Shown in pieces: positions 47,589-59,072 of a DNA stretch of 64,000 nt; position 1 is the first letter of the stretch; each line of letters starts with the position of its first letter. A program made the position numbers and the translations under genes. The DNA comes from an uncultured Nitrospiraceae bacterium (GTDB lineage Bacteria; Nitrospirota; Thermodesulfovibrionia; Thermodesulfovibrionales; SM23-35): assembly GCA_963727775.1 (NCBI GenBank), contig CAVSHB010000004.1, forward strand, positions 32,001 to 96,000, read 5' to 3'. A model generated the notes under the pieces. It was given only the letters and a program-made list of their open reading frames with translations, ran no database searches and was not told the DNA's origin.

Positions 47589-49505
47589 TTATGCACGGAT
47601 CTGCTTTGCAATTTCTCGCATCAACCTCTGCAACCTCGCCCTATCCTCCCCCTTTATTTCTCTGCCTCCGAACCTGTATTCCTCATAAAGACTAATGAAC
47701 TCTGCTGCTTTGTTATTTTTACCGAAACGCATCAGCTCTTTTTTCACTTCTGCGGGCGTGGATGACGGTAATATTTTTGCGCCTTTTTTCTTTATCAAAG
47801 TTCTCAATTTAATATACTGAGCGGATGCAATACCATATCTCCGCGAACTTGTTTTTTTAATAAACAATAAAACCGTCAGAACAACCGTCAGGGCCGCTAT
47901 TCCATAGACAACCGCCGAGGATATCTCAGGCCTGAAGCCCGGCATTTGCGGCAGGCTAAGAGGCCTTGAAAATCCTTTCACAATACTTTTCTGGTCTGCA
48001 GAACTGAACGCCACAACATATCTCGACCACTTCATTTTCAGCATATCTATATAAAGCGCGAAGGTTGACGGCCGCTCAGCCGGAACAGCCGGCGTAGGGT
48101 CAAATATTCTCCAACTGCCGTCAATCACGGCTTCCACCCATGAATGGGCGTTACTCTGTCTCACAATTATATAACCGCCGTATTCGTTCAGCTCACCGCC
48201 GAAGAAACCAGTAACAATCCTTGCCGGTATATTCAAGGTTCTAAGCATCAGGACCATTGCAGTTGCATAATGCTCACAATATCCCTTCCTGGAGTTGAAC
48301 AAAAAATCTTCGACCGGTCCGGTCCCTTCCGGAGGCTTTGAGGTTGAAAGTGAATAGGTATAATTCTTTGTAAGGTATCTTTCTATTTTCAAAGCTTTAT
48401 CCAGGTCTTTATCTTTCCTGCCGACAATTTCGTGTGCAAGTTTCGAGACCCTGTCACTTCCAGCCGGCAGCTGAAGGTAATCAGCGACATTTCCACGAAG
48501 CCGTTCGGGTTCCTGAATGCTGTAAACCATATAATTGAACCTTTTGCCTTTCTTGGCGGGGAGAAACAATGATCCGGCGTAATCCTTAAAAAGCGTCCAG
48601 CCTGCTGCATCTATGGCGGCAATGTCTCTCAGGCCGAAGATTACGTCCGTATCCATCGGCTCAAGAAAAATCTTTTGGACTACCATGCTCTCCTTTTGAA
48701 AAGGCATTATGATAAAACGGTCATCTTTTTTGTAAACTCTTTCTTTTTCGCCAAAGGTGTCCTTCCATGATATGCCGTCGAAATAATTCAATGACATCCC
48801 TCTCCAGTAATAAGGAGGGTCCGATTTTCCTTTTATTTCGATTCTCATGACGACTGTCGGGTCCGTCTTGATATCGCCGAAAGAACCGAAATATACTTTG
48901 TCTGAAAACCCCACTGTCCTGATACTTTTCGTATGGACCTTTCCCCACAACCCTACCGGTATCCTCGGTATCGAGATAAAAAATACGCCGGTAAGCAAAA
49001 GCGCCAGGGAAGATATATAGGCCACGGGTCTCTTCATTCCGGAAATGATTGTTGTCCTTTCCTTTATAAAATGTGCTAATACTATCGCGGCGACAAAGGC
49101 GATAACAAACAGAATGAATATAACTCCAAATACAATGGAGTTTGTGAGCTCGGAGGCGACTATCAACTGAAGCAATGCAACAAAATATACCTGCAGGTGG
49201 TCCCAGGGCTCTTTCAGGTCAAAGCTCTTTATCGCCTGAAAAGCGATAGTAAGATGCGCGACTCCCAGGAAATAGTCATTTGAAATAATTAAGGAATCGA
49301 CAAAGAATACCACAAGGGTCAAAAGCGACAACCCGCCGATGGTCCATTTCGACGCCTGCGGCATGCCTTTCAAAAACCTGTAATATCCGGGGAAAAGCCC
49401 GATGCCGGTCAACGACATCAAATAATTTACTTCACCGGAGATAATGAGGCTCATGCATCCGGTAAAAGACAGGATAAAAGTCAGGGCCTTATATAGTTGA
49501 GGCAT
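47589..49505 (-). CDS. DUF3488/transglutaminase-like membrane protein (TgpA-like)
   Basis: N-terminal TMs; YWRG, GYCEHYATAM, HSWVE, FDPTP. Confidence 0.9.
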   Translation of the reverse strand: MPQLYKALTFILSFTGCMSLIISGEVNYLMSLTGIGLFPGYYRFLKGMPQASKWTIGGLSLLTLVVFFVDSLIISNDYFLGVAHLTIAFQAIKSFDLKEPWDHLQVYFVALLQLIVASELTNSIVFGVIFILFVIAFVAAIVLAHFIKERTTIISGMKRPVAYISSLALLLTGVFFISIPRIPVGLWGKVHTKSIRTVGFSDKVYFGSFGDIKTDPTVVMRIEIKGKSDPPYYWRGMSLNYFDGISWKDTFGEKERVYKKDDRFIIMPFQKESMVVQKIFLEPMDTDVIFGLRDIAAIDAAGWTLFKDYAGSLFLPAKKGKRFNYMVYSIQEPERLRGNVADYLQLPAGSDRVSKLAHEIVGRKDKDLDKALKIERYLTKNYTYSLSTSKPPEGTGPVEDFLFNSRKGYCEHYATAMVLMLRTLNIPARIVTGFFGGELNEYGGYIIVRQSNAHSWVEAVIDGSWRIFDPTPAVPAERPSTFALYIDMLKMKWSRYVVAFSSADQKSIVKGFSRPLSLPQMPGFRPEISSAVVYGIAALTVVLTVLLFIKKTSSRRYGIASAQYIKLRTLIKKKGAKILPSSTPAEVKKELMRFGKNNKAAEFISLYEEYRFGGREIKGEDRARLQRLMREIAKQIRA

Positions 49506-50496
49506 ATATCACCATATCGCTGTCATGAAGAAATCTGCCGAGCGGGGAATCTTCAGCATTGAGTATCAGGACCGTAAGTCCTTCAGTACCGAATTCGGCG
49601 GAGGAAGGGCATTCCCATGAGTCCTCGGACTCTATCACGGCAAGCACGTCGAGTATCTTAAAAAGATGTTCTTCCCCGCTGCCGAAAGGCACCACCTTTT
49701 TACAGGTAAGCAGTCTCACAAAAAATCCCTTTGTCAAAAATTTATCTGCCAAGGAGGCGGCAAATGAAACGGCCTTTTCAAAATATTCGTTATGAGACAT
49801 GAGGTTATCGAGCATTACGGTAAGCTTTCTCGGTTCTTCGGCGGCGGATTCCATTACCATCAACTTTGCCGTTTTTGCGGACGCCTTCCAGTGGATCTTG
49901 CGCCGGTCATCGCCGTATCTGAACTCCCTCATCACGGCCGGTTCATCGCCTTTTATGACATTCTGACGCAATAAGGCAAAAACTTCGTCTGTAAACTCTG
50001 GGACAATTTCATCTATGTTCTTTATCTCGGGATATACAATTACTTTATCGTCAATACTGCATAAGATCTTTTTCGTCAAAAAAATAAACGGGAAACCTGA
50101 TACGATAAAAAAATCGCCGTATCCGTAAACTCCTCTTTTGTTATATAGGACGGCAGCAGTCCTTAATGCATATGATGAACCCGAAATCTCGGGGAAATAC
50201 ACCGCGCCCTTTACCTGGGCCATTGTTACATTTATTGAATAGGAATGCGCTTTCTTCTTGTTGTTCGTCAAAGCTATATCGATATCCGACTGGCTGTTTG
50301 CAAATATGGGCCGGTTTTTAGATACCTTAAGGACCAATCCCCTCATATTGAACTTCAGGACAGCAATCGAAAGCACAAGTATTGAAAGCATCATCGACAA
50401 GATGAGATATATGAGATTATTGCCGGTATTGAATGCTGCGACGGCAATAAGAAATGTAGCGAGGAAGAACCTTTTGCCTTCCCTGCTTGGTTTCAT
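49489..50496 (-). CDS. DUF58 family protein
   Basis: NTGNNLIY, REFRYGDDRRKIHWKASAK; sits between MoxR and the transglutaminase. Confidence 0.88.
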   Translation of the reverse strand: MKPSREGKRFFLATFLIAVAAFNTGNNLIYLILSMMLSILVLSIAVLKFNMRGLVLKVSKNRPIFANSQSDIDIALTNNKKKAHSYSINVTMAQVKGAVYFPEISGSSYALRTAAVLYNKRGVYGYGDFFIVSGFPFIFLTKKILCSIDDKVIVYPEIKNIDEIVPEFTDEVFALLRQNVIKGDEPAVMREFRYGDDRRKIHWKASAKTAKLMVMESAAEEPRKLTVMLDNLMSHNEYFEKAVSFAASLADKFLTKGFFVRLLTCKKVVPFGSGEEHLFKILDVLAVIESEDSWECPSSAEFGTEGLTVLILNAEDSPLGRFLHDSDMVIYASTI

Positions 50497-51416
50497 ACAG
50501 GCACAGGAATTTTTTCGAGGATCTCTCCGATAACTTTTTCAGCGTCTGAAATGTAAGTCCTCGTTTTCAGTATAATCCTGTGGCCGAGGACCAGAGGCGC
50601 AGGTCCCTTTATGTCCTCAGGAACGACATAAGCCCTGCCTTCATAGTATGCGCTTGCTTTAGCGACCTTGAGCAGAAACTGTCCTCCTCTCGGGCTTGCG
50701 CCGAGACGTATTCTTTCGTTCGACCGGGTAGCGGTTATGATGGACAGAAGATAATCGGCCAGGCTGGCGTCAACCTTCACTTTATCAACCTCTTTCTGCA
50801 TCCTGACAATCTCTTCTGCCGAGACAACCGGGGACAGGGACTCAATAGCATCGAAACTTAATTGATCAAGTACAACCTGTTTTTCATAATCGGGAGACGG
50901 ATAACCGAGTTTAATATGCATCATAAACCTGTCGAGCTGGCTCTCGGGCAGGGGAAAAGTGCCGTGATATTCTATCGGGTTCTGCGTCGCTATGACCATA
51001 AACGGTTCAGGCAACGTATACGTTTTTCTCTCAACGGAAACTCTTCTCTCATTCATGGCCTCAAGGAGCGCTGATTGGGTCTTCGGATTTGTCCTGTTTA
51101 TCTCGTCGGCGAGCACGATGTTCGTAAATATCGGGCCTTCCCTGAATTCAAACTCCCGCGTATCGGGGTTATAAATATTTACGCCAATGATGTCCGTCGG
51201 TAAAAGGTCACTCGTGAATTGTATGCGCTGGAATGAACAGCTCGTCGCCTTTGCAATAGTAAACGCAAGCGTTGTCTTTCCTACGCCCGGCACATCTTCG
51301 ATGAGTAGGTGTCCCCTCCCCAGCAAAGCCACAATCGCCATCTTAACAGCGTTACTCTTTCCCCTAACAACAGATTCTATCCTCTGCTGCAGGATATTGA
51401 GATATTCATTCGACAT
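50493..51416 (-). CDS. MoxR-family AAA+ ATPase
   Basis: EDVPGVGKT, RIQFTSDLLP, DEINR, ATQNP, LPESQLDRF. Confidence 0.95.
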   Translation of the reverse strand: MSNEYLNILQQRIESVVRGKSNAVKMAIVALLGRGHLLIEDVPGVGKTTLAFTIAKATSCSFQRIQFTSDLLPTDIIGVNIYNPDTREFEFREGPIFTNIVLADEINRTNPKTQSALLEAMNERRVSVERKTYTLPEPFMVIATQNPIEYHGTFPLPESQLDRFMMHIKLGYPSPDYEKQVVLDQLSFDAIESLSPVVSAEEIVRMQKEVDKVKVDASLADYLLSIITATRSNERIRLGASPRGGQFLLKVAKASAYYEGRAYVVPEDIKGPAPLVLGHRIILKTRTYISDAEKVIGEILEKIPVPV

Positions 51417-51600
51417 ATACTTAATCTATCGCATTTGGACGTTCATCTCAAGTGACGGCAGCCATTTCTCACAAAAACCGGCTCCTGCAGAATTATTATT
51501 TCACACTGAATTATTTTTTCTTGACAAAATATTTTGACTTTTGTTATACATATGTCAAACAAATATATGATATTAATTCACTTGTTATTTATATAAAGAC

Positions 51601-51834
51601 ATGGAAGAGACCAAGAAAAAGTCGAGGAAGAAGAAGGGGGTACGGTATAGTGCATCTTTCACGATGAGGTTTGATTCCTTTACGCTTGAGATGATGGACA
51701 GGATTGCCTATGATGAGGACAAGACACGGCCGGAGCTTATCAGGTCGGCCATAAAGTTTCTTTTTGTAAAGAAATATCAGCTCGCCGAGTTAGAGAAGTT
51801 AAGGAAAAAGCACCGGCAAGATATTCCCGAATAA
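51601..51834 (+). CDS. Small ribbon-helix-helix (CopG-like) protein
   Basis: SFTMRFD...MDRIA...TRPELIRSAI pattern. Confidence 0.6.
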   Translation: MEETKKKSRKKKGVRYSASFTMRFDSFTLEMMDRIAYDEDKTRPELIRSAIKFLFVKKYQLAELEKLRKKHRQDIPE

Positions 51835-51974
51835 AGCGCCAACCAGTCTAAACATGGTCCCGGCCAATCGTACTTTCTCTTGACAGTCTCCTTTTTTGAC
51901 CTTATTATTAGTGTAAATTTATTCACGTTTATTAAACACATCAATAATAAAGAAAATAGTCTAATAAAAAAGTC

Positions 51975-53357
51975 ATGAAAAAACCATGGGCGGGAAGGTT
52001 CAGGGAAAAGACTTCAAAGATCGTGGAATCTTTCACGGAATCCATCTCATTTGACCACCGCCTCTGGAGATACGACATTGAAGGCAGCATCGCGCACGCG
52101 AAGATGCTCGGCAAACAACGCATTATATCAAAAGAAGATTCTGCCGGGATAATCCGGGGGCTTGAAGATATAGCGAAAGAATTGGAGACCGGCAAGTTTG
52201 TCTTCAGGGAGGGGCTTGAGGATATCCATATGAACATTGAGGCCGCCTTAATTAAGAAGATAGGCGATGCAGGCGGAAAGCTCCATACGGCAAGGTCAAG
52301 AAACGACCAGGTTGCGCTTGATCTCAGGTTATATGTCAGAGCTGAGATAACAATGATATTGTCTTTGATCGGGAAATTCCAGAAGGTCCTCCTGAATACC
52401 GCGACAAAGCATTTAAATTCTTTAATGCCCGGATATACACACTTGCAAAGGGCACAACCGGTGCTTTTGTCACACCATCTCATTGCTTATGTCGAGATGT
52501 TGCAGAGAGATGCAGGGAGATTCAGGGATTCGCTGCAAAGAACAAATCTGCTCCCCCTGGGGTCATGCGCCCTTGCAGGCACAACCCTTCCCATTGACAG
52601 GGAATATACCGCAAAACTTCTCGGGTTTGAAGGCGTCATTGGGAACAGTATCGATTCGGTGTCCGACAGGGACTTCGCAATAGAGTTCCTGTCAAATTCC
52701 GCCATACTTATTATGCATCTATCGAGACTGGCCGAGGAGCTTATATTATGGTCCACAGAAGAATTCAAGTTCATCGCATTGCCTGAGGCTTTTACTACAG
52801 GTTCAAGCATTATGCCCCAGAAAAAGAACCCGGACGTTGCCGAACTCACGAGGGGAAAAACAGGAAGGGTTTACGGAAACCTTTTGTCTTTGCTCACAAC
52901 AATGAAAGGTCTGCCCCTGTCCTATAACAGGGACATGCAGGAAGATAAATTGCCCGTATTTGACAGCGCCGATACGATTAAATCCTGCCTTGCCGTAATG
53001 ATCGGGATGTTTCCCGGCATCAGATTTGACACACAAAGATTGCGCGGCACTGCCGGAGACGGATATTCCACTGCAACCGATCTCGCTGAATATCTTGTAA
53101 GAAAAGAGGTCCCTTTCCGAAAGGCGCATGAAATCACTGGAAAGGTGGTCCTATATTGCATCAATAAAAAGAAAAAGCTCGAAGCCCTTACATTGAAAGA
53201 ATTAAACACCTTTTCCGATCGGATCTCCGATGATATCTTTTCTTTTATTAAGGCCGATGCATCTGTCATGAATAAAAAATCCACAGGCGGGACATCTGTT
53301 AATGAGGTCATAAAACAGATAAGCAGACTCAGGAAGACAGTAGATAATAAACAATAG
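51975..53357 (+). CDS. argH: Argininosuccinate lyase
   Basis: WAGRF, HTARSRNDQ, PGYTHLQRAQP, GSSIMPQKKNPD. Confidence 0.97.
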   Translation: MKKPWAGRFREKTSKIVESFTESISFDHRLWRYDIEGSIAHAKMLGKQRIISKEDSAGIIRGLEDIAKELETGKFVFREGLEDIHMNIEAALIKKIGDAGGKLHTARSRNDQVALDLRLYVRAEITMILSLIGKFQKVLLNTATKHLNSLMPGYTHLQRAQPVLLSHHLIAYVEMLQRDAGRFRDSLQRTNLLPLGSCALAGTTLPIDREYTAKLLGFEGVIGNSIDSVSDRDFAIEFLSNSAILIMHLSRLAEELILWSTEEFKFIALPEAFTTGSSIMPQKKNPDVAELTRGKTGRVYGNLLSLLTTMKGLPLSYNRDMQEDKLPVFDSADTIKSCLAVMIGMFPGIRFDTQRLRGTAGDGYSTATDLAEYLVRKEVPFRKAHEITGKVVLYCINKKKKLEALTLKELNTFSDRISDDIFSFIKADASVMNKKSTGGTSVNEVIKQISRLRKTVDNKQ

Positions 53358-53376
53358 ACATGGAAATATAAACGAT

Positions 53377-54378
53377 ATGATTAATAGAAGCAGGAGGGAA
53401 GACAACGGCAGCAAGACAATAAAATCGGAAGTTGCAGCGGGATTTATTATCTTTTGCTGCTTATTGTTTGCTGTCTGCTGTGTCTTTGCTTCCTGCGGCA
53501 AAAAAGGCAGCCCTACCCTGAAATCTTATGAAAAGCCCGTCCAGCCTTCAGGACTTAAGGCCGTCCACAGAGAATCGGAGATTATCTTATTATGGGAATT
53601 TCCTAAAGATAAAGAACCGACAATCAAAGGTTTTCATATTATGAGGTCAGCCGGCGGGGATTTTGAAAAGATCGTTTTCCTCGAAAGCGATCGGCGTAGC
53701 TATTCAGATACAAATTTCAGGCTGGGTATCGAATATAAATATAAAATCATCTCTCAGAGTTTGAAGAACATTTTAAGCAACGATTCGAATATACTCGCTG
53801 TAAAACCGGCGGAACTTCCGGCTCCTCCGGAAAATCTTTCTTTTAAGGTCGAGCATGATTCACTGACGCTGGCATGGAAAAGCGCGGGAGAAGGAACCGT
53901 ATACAATATCTATAGAAGCATTAAAAGCGGCGAATATTCGTTAATGCCTGTTAATAAAGAGCCTGTGAAGGAAACTTTATACAGGGACAGTTTTACTGTC
54001 AATAAACCCGTTTACTATACCGTAAGGAGCCTGAAAGGAAGCGCTATTAGGGATGAAGGCCGTGCATCAGTGGAGATTAAGGTGGACCCTGAAGAATTCA
54101 CTCCGTCCGCTCCAGAGGCGTTGACGTCGGTGGCCACAGAAGATAAGATATATCTCTCCTGGAAAGAACCTCCCGAGACATGGGTAACCGGTTACAGAGT
54201 ATACAGGGAAATGACTAAAGAAGAAGGATATAAATTAATAGGGAAACCCATTACGCCTTTGTTTGTCGATAAAGACAATCCTTTGACACAAAGGAATTAC
54301 AAGGTAACTGCCGTAGGACCTTCCAGAGAGGGACCTCCCGCTGAAATATCAGGAGTAGTGTTTATAAAACCAAGGTAA
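53377..54378 (+). CDS. Lipoprotein with three fibronectin type III-like domains
   Basis: Lipobox FASC-GKKG; repeated P-x-x-L...L-x-W...Y-x-IYR units. Confidence 0.75.
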   Translation: MINRSRREDNGSKTIKSEVAAGFIIFCCLLFAVCCVFASCGKKGSPTLKSYEKPVQPSGLKAVHRESEIILLWEFPKDKEPTIKGFHIMRSAGGDFEKIVFLESDRRSYSDTNFRLGIEYKYKIISQSLKNILSNDSNILAVKPAELPAPPENLSFKVEHDSLTLAWKSAGEGTVYNIYRSIKSGEYSLMPVNKEPVKETLYRDSFTVNKPVYYTVRSLKGSAIRDEGRASVEIKVDPEEFTPSAPEALTSVATEDKIYLSWKEPPETWVTGYRVYREMTKEEGYKLIGKPITPLFVDKDNPLTQRNYKVTAVGPSREGPPAEISGVVFIKPR

Positions 54379-54390
54379 GTCCGGGCTCTG

Positions 54391-54915
54391 TCAAAACAAT
54401 TGTTTCGGTTCCGCGCCGAGACGACCCATATAGTTTGTAAATTCGTGTTCAAAATTGTCACTTAATATCTTTGTACCCATGGCCTTTGTGATCTCATCCA
54501 AACTCCAGAACTTTACCTCATCAATCTCTTCTTTGTTGAAGGATATATCTCCCTCATGCACGCAGAAATAAGTGGCAACAAGTTCTGTCTCGTATGAATT
54601 AGTATGGATATACGAATAAAGATATTCGGGTTCACACACCGAGATGCCGAGTTCTTCATGCATCTCCCTTTTTGAAGATACGGACAGCTCTTCTCCTATC
54701 CCCACATGCCCGCCAACCGATGTGTCCCACCTGCCCGGGGCAACGTCCTTGCTCAGTGACCGCTTCTGCAATAGAAGGTCGCCTTTTTTGTTAAAGACCA
54801 GTATATGCACCACCCTGTGAATTAACGACGGATTGCCGTGGACCTGTGACCTCAGGGCTGAGCCGATTACTTCACCCTTATAATTTACAACATCTAAATG
54901 CTCGTCCGCATCCAT
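54391..54915 (-). CDS. NUDIX hydrolase (Idi-like)
   Basis: HRVVHI, LLLQKRS, GGHV...REMHEELG. Confidence 0.9.
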   Translation of the reverse strand: MDADEHLDVVNYKGEVIGSALRSQVHGNPSLIHRVVHILVFNKKGDLLLQKRSLSKDVAPGRWDTSVGGHVGIGEELSVSSKREMHEELGISVCEPEYLYSYIHTNSYETELVATYFCVHEGDISFNKEEIDEVKFWSLDEITKAMGTKILSDNFEHEFTNYMGRLGAEPKQLF

Positions 54916-55000
54916 GATGTTTTATTTTACAACAAACCGTTGTTTTGATGAATACAGGGATTGAATATTTATAGAGATTTTGAAAGAAAGGTTTTTAGGA

Positions 55001-55029
55001 TGCAGGTCCCGACAAAATCGGGACCTGCA
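55001..55029. terminator. Strong hairpin downstream of csp, probable intrinsic terminator
   Basis: 12-bp perfect stem tgcaggtcccga/tcgggacctgca; the clear T-run is on the + strand side. Confidence 0.6.
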
Positions 55030-55040
55030 ATTTTTTTCAG

Positions 55041-55241
55041 TTAAATTTTCGTTACGTTTTCGGCTTTGGGTCCCTTGGGGCCATCGACAACCTCAAAGCT
55101 TACTGCTTGCCCTTCAGCCAATGTCTTAAATCCGTTGCCCTGAATGGCAGAGTAATGAACAAAGACATCCCCTCCATCTTCTTTGGTAACGAATCCAAAC
55201 CCTTTGGACTCGTTGAACCATTTAACGGTCCCTTTTACCAT
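55041..55241 (-). CDS. Cold-shock protein (CspA family)
   Basis: [23 protein letters not shown]. Confidence 0.97.
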   Translation of the reverse strand: MVKGTVKWFNESKGFGFVTKEDGGDVFVHYSAIQGNGFKTLAEGQAVSFEVVDGPKGPKAENVTKI

Positions 55242-55459
55242 ATTGCGACACCTCCTTGATAATTAAAAATCGAAGATTACGGAATAATGGTATAGAAGCT
55301 GCAAAGTCCAAAGTCCTTGAAGCTATATACAACAATACTTCCGAAACTTCGCCGATAGTATTGCACAGCAATCGCGAAAAGGTCAAGATTGCAAATTGTT
55401 GACATAAGACTCGGATTTGTTTACTCTAAACTAAAAATGGAAACAGGTTAATCCGGTCT

Positions 55460-56047
55460 ATGAAAGACAAAATACTTAAAGCCTTTGAAGAGAGTATACG
55501 CGTTAAAGAAAAATTCATTGAAGACAAAAATATCGACAGAATAATCGAGGTTGCAAGGACGATTGCCAATGCCTTCAATGACGGCAAAAAATTGATCCTG
55601 TTCGGAAACGGCGGAAGCTCGACCGATGCATCTCATATAGCAGCGGAATTTATCAATAGGTTTAAAAGGGAGCGTCCGGGCCTTCCTGCCATATCGCTCA
55701 ATTCAGACATGGCAGTCATTACATCCATTGCCAATGATTATGACTTTTCCGAGATATATTCAAAACAACTTAAAGCCATTTCCGAAGAAGGAGATATTGT
55801 CATTGCGATCAGCACAAGCGGAAATTCTCCCAATATCATGAAGGCGATGGATGTGGCTAAAAAGAAGAAGCTGACAACTATCGCTCTGACCGGTCTGAAA
55901 GGAGAGAAGTTCGCCTCCAAAGCCACATATGCTTTCGTAGTTCCTTCCGACAGCACTCCGAGGATTCAGGAAACGCACATAACGCTCGGCCATGTCTTAT
56001 GCCAGATGGTGGAAGAGATACTCTTTGAAGTGCCGAGGAAGAAATAG
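55460..56047 (+). CDS. gmhA: Phosphoheptose isomerase
   Basis: GNGGS, ANDY, STSGNS, RIQETH. Confidence 0.95.
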   Translation: MKDKILKAFEESIRVKEKFIEDKNIDRIIEVARTIANAFNDGKKLILFGNGGSSTDASHIAAEFINRFKRERPGLPAISLNSDMAVITSIANDYDFSEIYSKQLKAISEEGDIVIAISTSGNSPNIMKAMDVAKKKKLTTIALTGLKGEKFASKATYAFVVPSDSTPRIQETHITLGHVLCQMVEEILFEVPRKK

Positions 56048-56065
56048 CTTCAGAACAGCAGGCGT

Positions 56066-56551
56066 ATGATAATACTCGGCATTGATCCCGGCTTAGCAAC
56101 GACCGGCTTCGGCGCAATCCACTGTGACAGGGCTGTGCCGGCCGTTTTGAAATGCGGGTATATTAAAACATCGCCCTCGGAGCATATATCAATCAGACTG
56201 TCCAATATCCATGCGGACTTGAACAGTCTGATCCATTCATTGCACCCTGATTTAATAGCTGTGGAAAACGTCTTTTCATTGGTCAGATATCCGAAAGCCG
56301 GTATATTATTAGGAAGTGTTTTAGGTATTATATACTTGTCCGTTTTTCAAAATAATGTGTCTATGGTCGAGATTACGCCAAAGGAAATAAAGAATTCACT
56401 GTCGGGATTCGGAGGCGCTGATAAATATCAAATGAAGGCTGTCATAAAAGATTTGCTTAAGATCTCCGATATCAAATCTCTGCATGCATCCGATGCTCTG
56501 GCTGTTGCTTTGACCGCATTTTATCGAAAGCTGCCAAAGGGGAACCGGTGA
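56066..56551 (+). CDS. ruvC: Holliday junction resolvase
   Basis: ILGIDPG, AVENVF, DALAVA; precedes ruvAB. Confidence 0.93.
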   Translation: MIILGIDPGLATTGFGAIHCDRAVPAVLKCGYIKTSPSEHISIRLSNIHADLNSLIHSLHPDLIAVENVFSLVRYPKAGILLGSVLGIIYLSVFQNNVSMVEITPKEIKNSLSGFGGADKYQMKAVIKDLLKISDIKSLHASDALAVALTAFYRKLPKGNR

Positions 56552-57168
56552 TATCCTATTTAAAAGGGACGCTGAGAATCAACAGGGCATACGACGACAG
56601 GATAACCTTAATAGTAAACGGGATAGGTTACGATGTATTGATCCCCGCATATTTCATGAACAGGCTTAAAAAAGAAAATGCGGACGGAGATGAACTGGAA
56701 CTGCATGTCTCTTTCAACCAGACTGAGAGGCAGCCGAAACCCGTGCTTGTCGGGTTTCAATCACCCCTGGACAAAGAATTCTTTGAACTTTTCATATCCG
56801 TTGAAGATATCGGTCCTACCGCCGCTATTAGGGCTTTGACAAAACCCGTAAGAGAAATAGCGCGTTCTATCGAAGGGAAAGATACAAAGGCGTTAAAACA
56901 GTTAAAGGGCATCGGCGATAGAAAAGCGGAAAAGATAATCGCCACTCTCAAAGGTAAAACGGCAAAATACGCATTAATGCCTGAAGTGGAAGTGGTGACC
57001 GAACTTGCGGAAGATTTCAGGAAGGAAGTTGAAGAGGTTCTCATAACCCAATTAGGGCATAAGCATTTTGAAGCGCAACAGATGATCGAAGATGCTTTAA
57101 AGAGAGACCCCGGCATCAACTCGTCGGAAGAATTATTTGAAGAGGTATACAGGGGCCAGAAGAAGTGA
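56548..57168 (+). CDS. ruvA: Holliday junction branch migration protein A
   Basis: MISYLKG, VNGIGY, HhH motifs DIGP and [10 protein letters not shown]. Confidence 0.92.
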   Translation: MISYLKGTLRINRAYDDRITLIVNGIGYDVLIPAYFMNRLKKENADGDELELHVSFNQTERQPKPVLVGFQSPLDKEFFELFISVEDIGPTAAIRALTKPVREIARSIEGKDTKALKQLKGIGDRKAEKIIATLKGKTAKYALMPEVEVVTELAEDFRKEVEEVLITQLGHKHFEAQQMIEDALKRDPGINSSEELFEEVYRGQKK

Positions 57169-58223
57169 TCCACGAAGAAGCGGAAAATATCCCGGATATC
57201 TTGAAAGAAAGCAGTCCCCTTGATGATGAAAACACCTTTTCACTGCGGCCTGATCGTCTTTCCGAATACATAGGACAGGACAAAATAGTAGAAACGCTGA
57301 AGATCGCCATAGAGGCGGCTTTGCAAAGAAAAGAATCTCTGGACCATATACTCTTCAACGGCCCGCCCGGTCTCGGAAAAACAACATTGGCGCATATCAT
57401 CGCCAATGAGATGGGCACTAAAATTGTTACGTCCTCCGGTCCCGCATTGGAAAAAGGCGGGGATTTGATGGGGATACTGACCCACCTTGAAAAAGGCGAC
57501 ATCCTTTTCATTGATGAAATACACAGGATCCCTAAAATCGTTGAGGAATTCCTTTATCCTGCAATGGAAGATTATGCGGTGGATTTTATATTCGACAAAG
57601 GCGTGCACGCAAGGACCCACCGGTACAGGCTTGAACCATTTACATTAATCGGCGCAACTACCAGGGCGGGACTCCTGTCTTCTCCTTTGAGGGAAAGGTT
57701 CGGTATCACAAGAGACCTGGATTTCTATAATGAAAAGGATCTGGTACTTATCGTAAACCGCTCCGCATCCATACTAGATATACCGATAGAAAAAGACGGG
57801 TCTTATGAAATAGCCCTCAGGGCAAGAGGCACTCCGAGGGTAGCAAACAGGCTATTGAAGCGCGTGCGCGATTATGCGCAAGTCAGGGCCGAGGGGAAAA
57901 TAACTAAAGATGTTGCCATGGAAGCATTGGCACTGGAAGGGATCGATGGGTCCGGCCTTGGAGAAACGGACAGGAAATTATTAAAAACTATTATCTATAA
58001 TTACAAAGGCGGTCCGGTCGGTATTGAAGCTTTGGCCTCAACCCTCCAGCTTGAAACGGACGTCCTGCTGGATGTAGTTGAACCTTATTTATTGAAAATA
58101 GGCTTCATCATAAGAACATCCCACGGAAGAAAGGCCACGGAAAAGGCTTACAGCCATCTAAATATTTCCTTTAAGAAAGAGCTGGGGCTATTCGAAGGGA
58201 ATAAGAGTAAACAGCATTTATAG
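57165..58223 (+). CDS. ruvB: Holliday junction branch migration ATPase
   Basis: LRP...[27 protein letters not shown]. Confidence 0.97.
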   Translation: MIHEEAENIPDILKESSPLDDENTFSLRPDRLSEYIGQDKIVETLKIAIEAALQRKESLDHILFNGPPGLGKTTLAHIIANEMGTKIVTSSGPALEKGGDLMGILTHLEKGDILFIDEIHRIPKIVEEFLYPAMEDYAVDFIFDKGVHARTHRYRLEPFTLIGATTRAGLLSSPLRERFGITRDLDFYNEKDLVLIVNRSASILDIPIEKDGSYEIALRARGTPRVANRLLKRVRDYAQVRAEGKITKDVAMEALALEGIDGSGLGETDRKLLKTIIYNYKGGPVGIEALASTLQLETDVLLDVVEPYLLKIGFIIRTSHGRKATEKAYSHLNISFKKELGLFEGNKSKQHL

Positions 58224-58275
58224 GCCGCTAACAGACCGTTCATATTAAAGTCCGAAAGTTATATAATTAAACAAG

Positions 58276-58848
58276 ATGAAGCTCTTGATGCATATCTGTT
58301 GCGCGAACTGCTGTTTATATCCATTGCAAAGTCTGTTTTCAAAAGGCATTGAGATAAAAGGGTTTTGGCTCAACCCGAATATCCATCCCTATACCGAATA
58401 TAAATTGCGCCTCGATTCCCTGCAAAAATTGCAGAAAGAATGGGACCTCGATATCGAATATATCGATGGATATGGACTGAAAAAGTTTCTAAGGGCAGTC
58501 GTAAATAATGAAGAAAACAGATGCAGCTTTTGCTATTACATGAGGCTTGAAGAGACGGCAAGGACCGCAAGGGAAATGGGACTCGACGGTTTTACGACCT
58601 CTCTGCTTGTAAGTCCTTACCAGAAATTTGATATGATAGTCGATATCGGCAGGGAAATGGAGCGGAGATATTCCATCCGGTTTTATGGTGAAGATTTCAG
58701 GCCCGGTTGGACAAAGGGCATTGGCTTGTCAAAAGAGCTTGGACTATACAGGCAAAAGTATTGCGGTTGCGTTTATTCGGAGATGGAGCGATACCTTAAG
58801 AGAGCACCAGACCGGAATGAGGATAAGAAAAAAACAAGTTATGACTGA
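58276..58848 (+). CDS. queH: Epoxyqueuosine reductase QueH
   Basis: HICCANC, NPNIHP, RCSFCY, YRQKYCGC. Confidence 0.9.
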   Translation: MKLLMHICCANCCLYPLQSLFSKGIEIKGFWLNPNIHPYTEYKLRLDSLQKLQKEWDLDIEYIDGYGLKKFLRAVVNNEENRCSFCYYMRLEETARTAREMGLDGFTTSLLVSPYQKFDMIVDIGREMERRYSIRFYGEDFRPGWTKGIGLSKELGLYRQKYCGCVYSEMERYLKRAPDRNEDKKKTSYD

Positions 58849-59068
58849 CGGGTTACAATATATGGGTAAATTTCTTATCGCTCTCGGGGTCATTGTAATT
58901 GCAGTCGGAGGGTTACTCCTTTTGTCAGGCAAGGTCCCTTGGCTAGGCAGGCTTCCGGGGGACTTACTTATTCAAAAGAAGAATTTCACTTTTTATTTTC
59001 CATTGGCGACAAGTTTATTGTTGAGCTTGCTGTTGACCTTAATCTTTTGGCTCCTCAGGCATAAATAA
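58841..59068 (+). CDS. DUF2905 small membrane protein
   Basis: LGRLPGD...FYFPLATSLLLS. Confidence 0.85.
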   Translation: MTDGLQYMGKFLIALGVIVIAVGGLLLLSGKVPWLGRLPGDLLIQKKNFTFYFPLATSLLLSLLLTLIFWLLRHK

Positions 59069-59072
59069 AAAC

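Noticed and set aside
54945..54964. Partial match to the CRISPR repeat (ttgatgaatacagggattga), possible orphan repeat
   Set aside because: Only 10 contiguous matches in AT-rich DNA, no second repeat, far from the locus; consistent with chance
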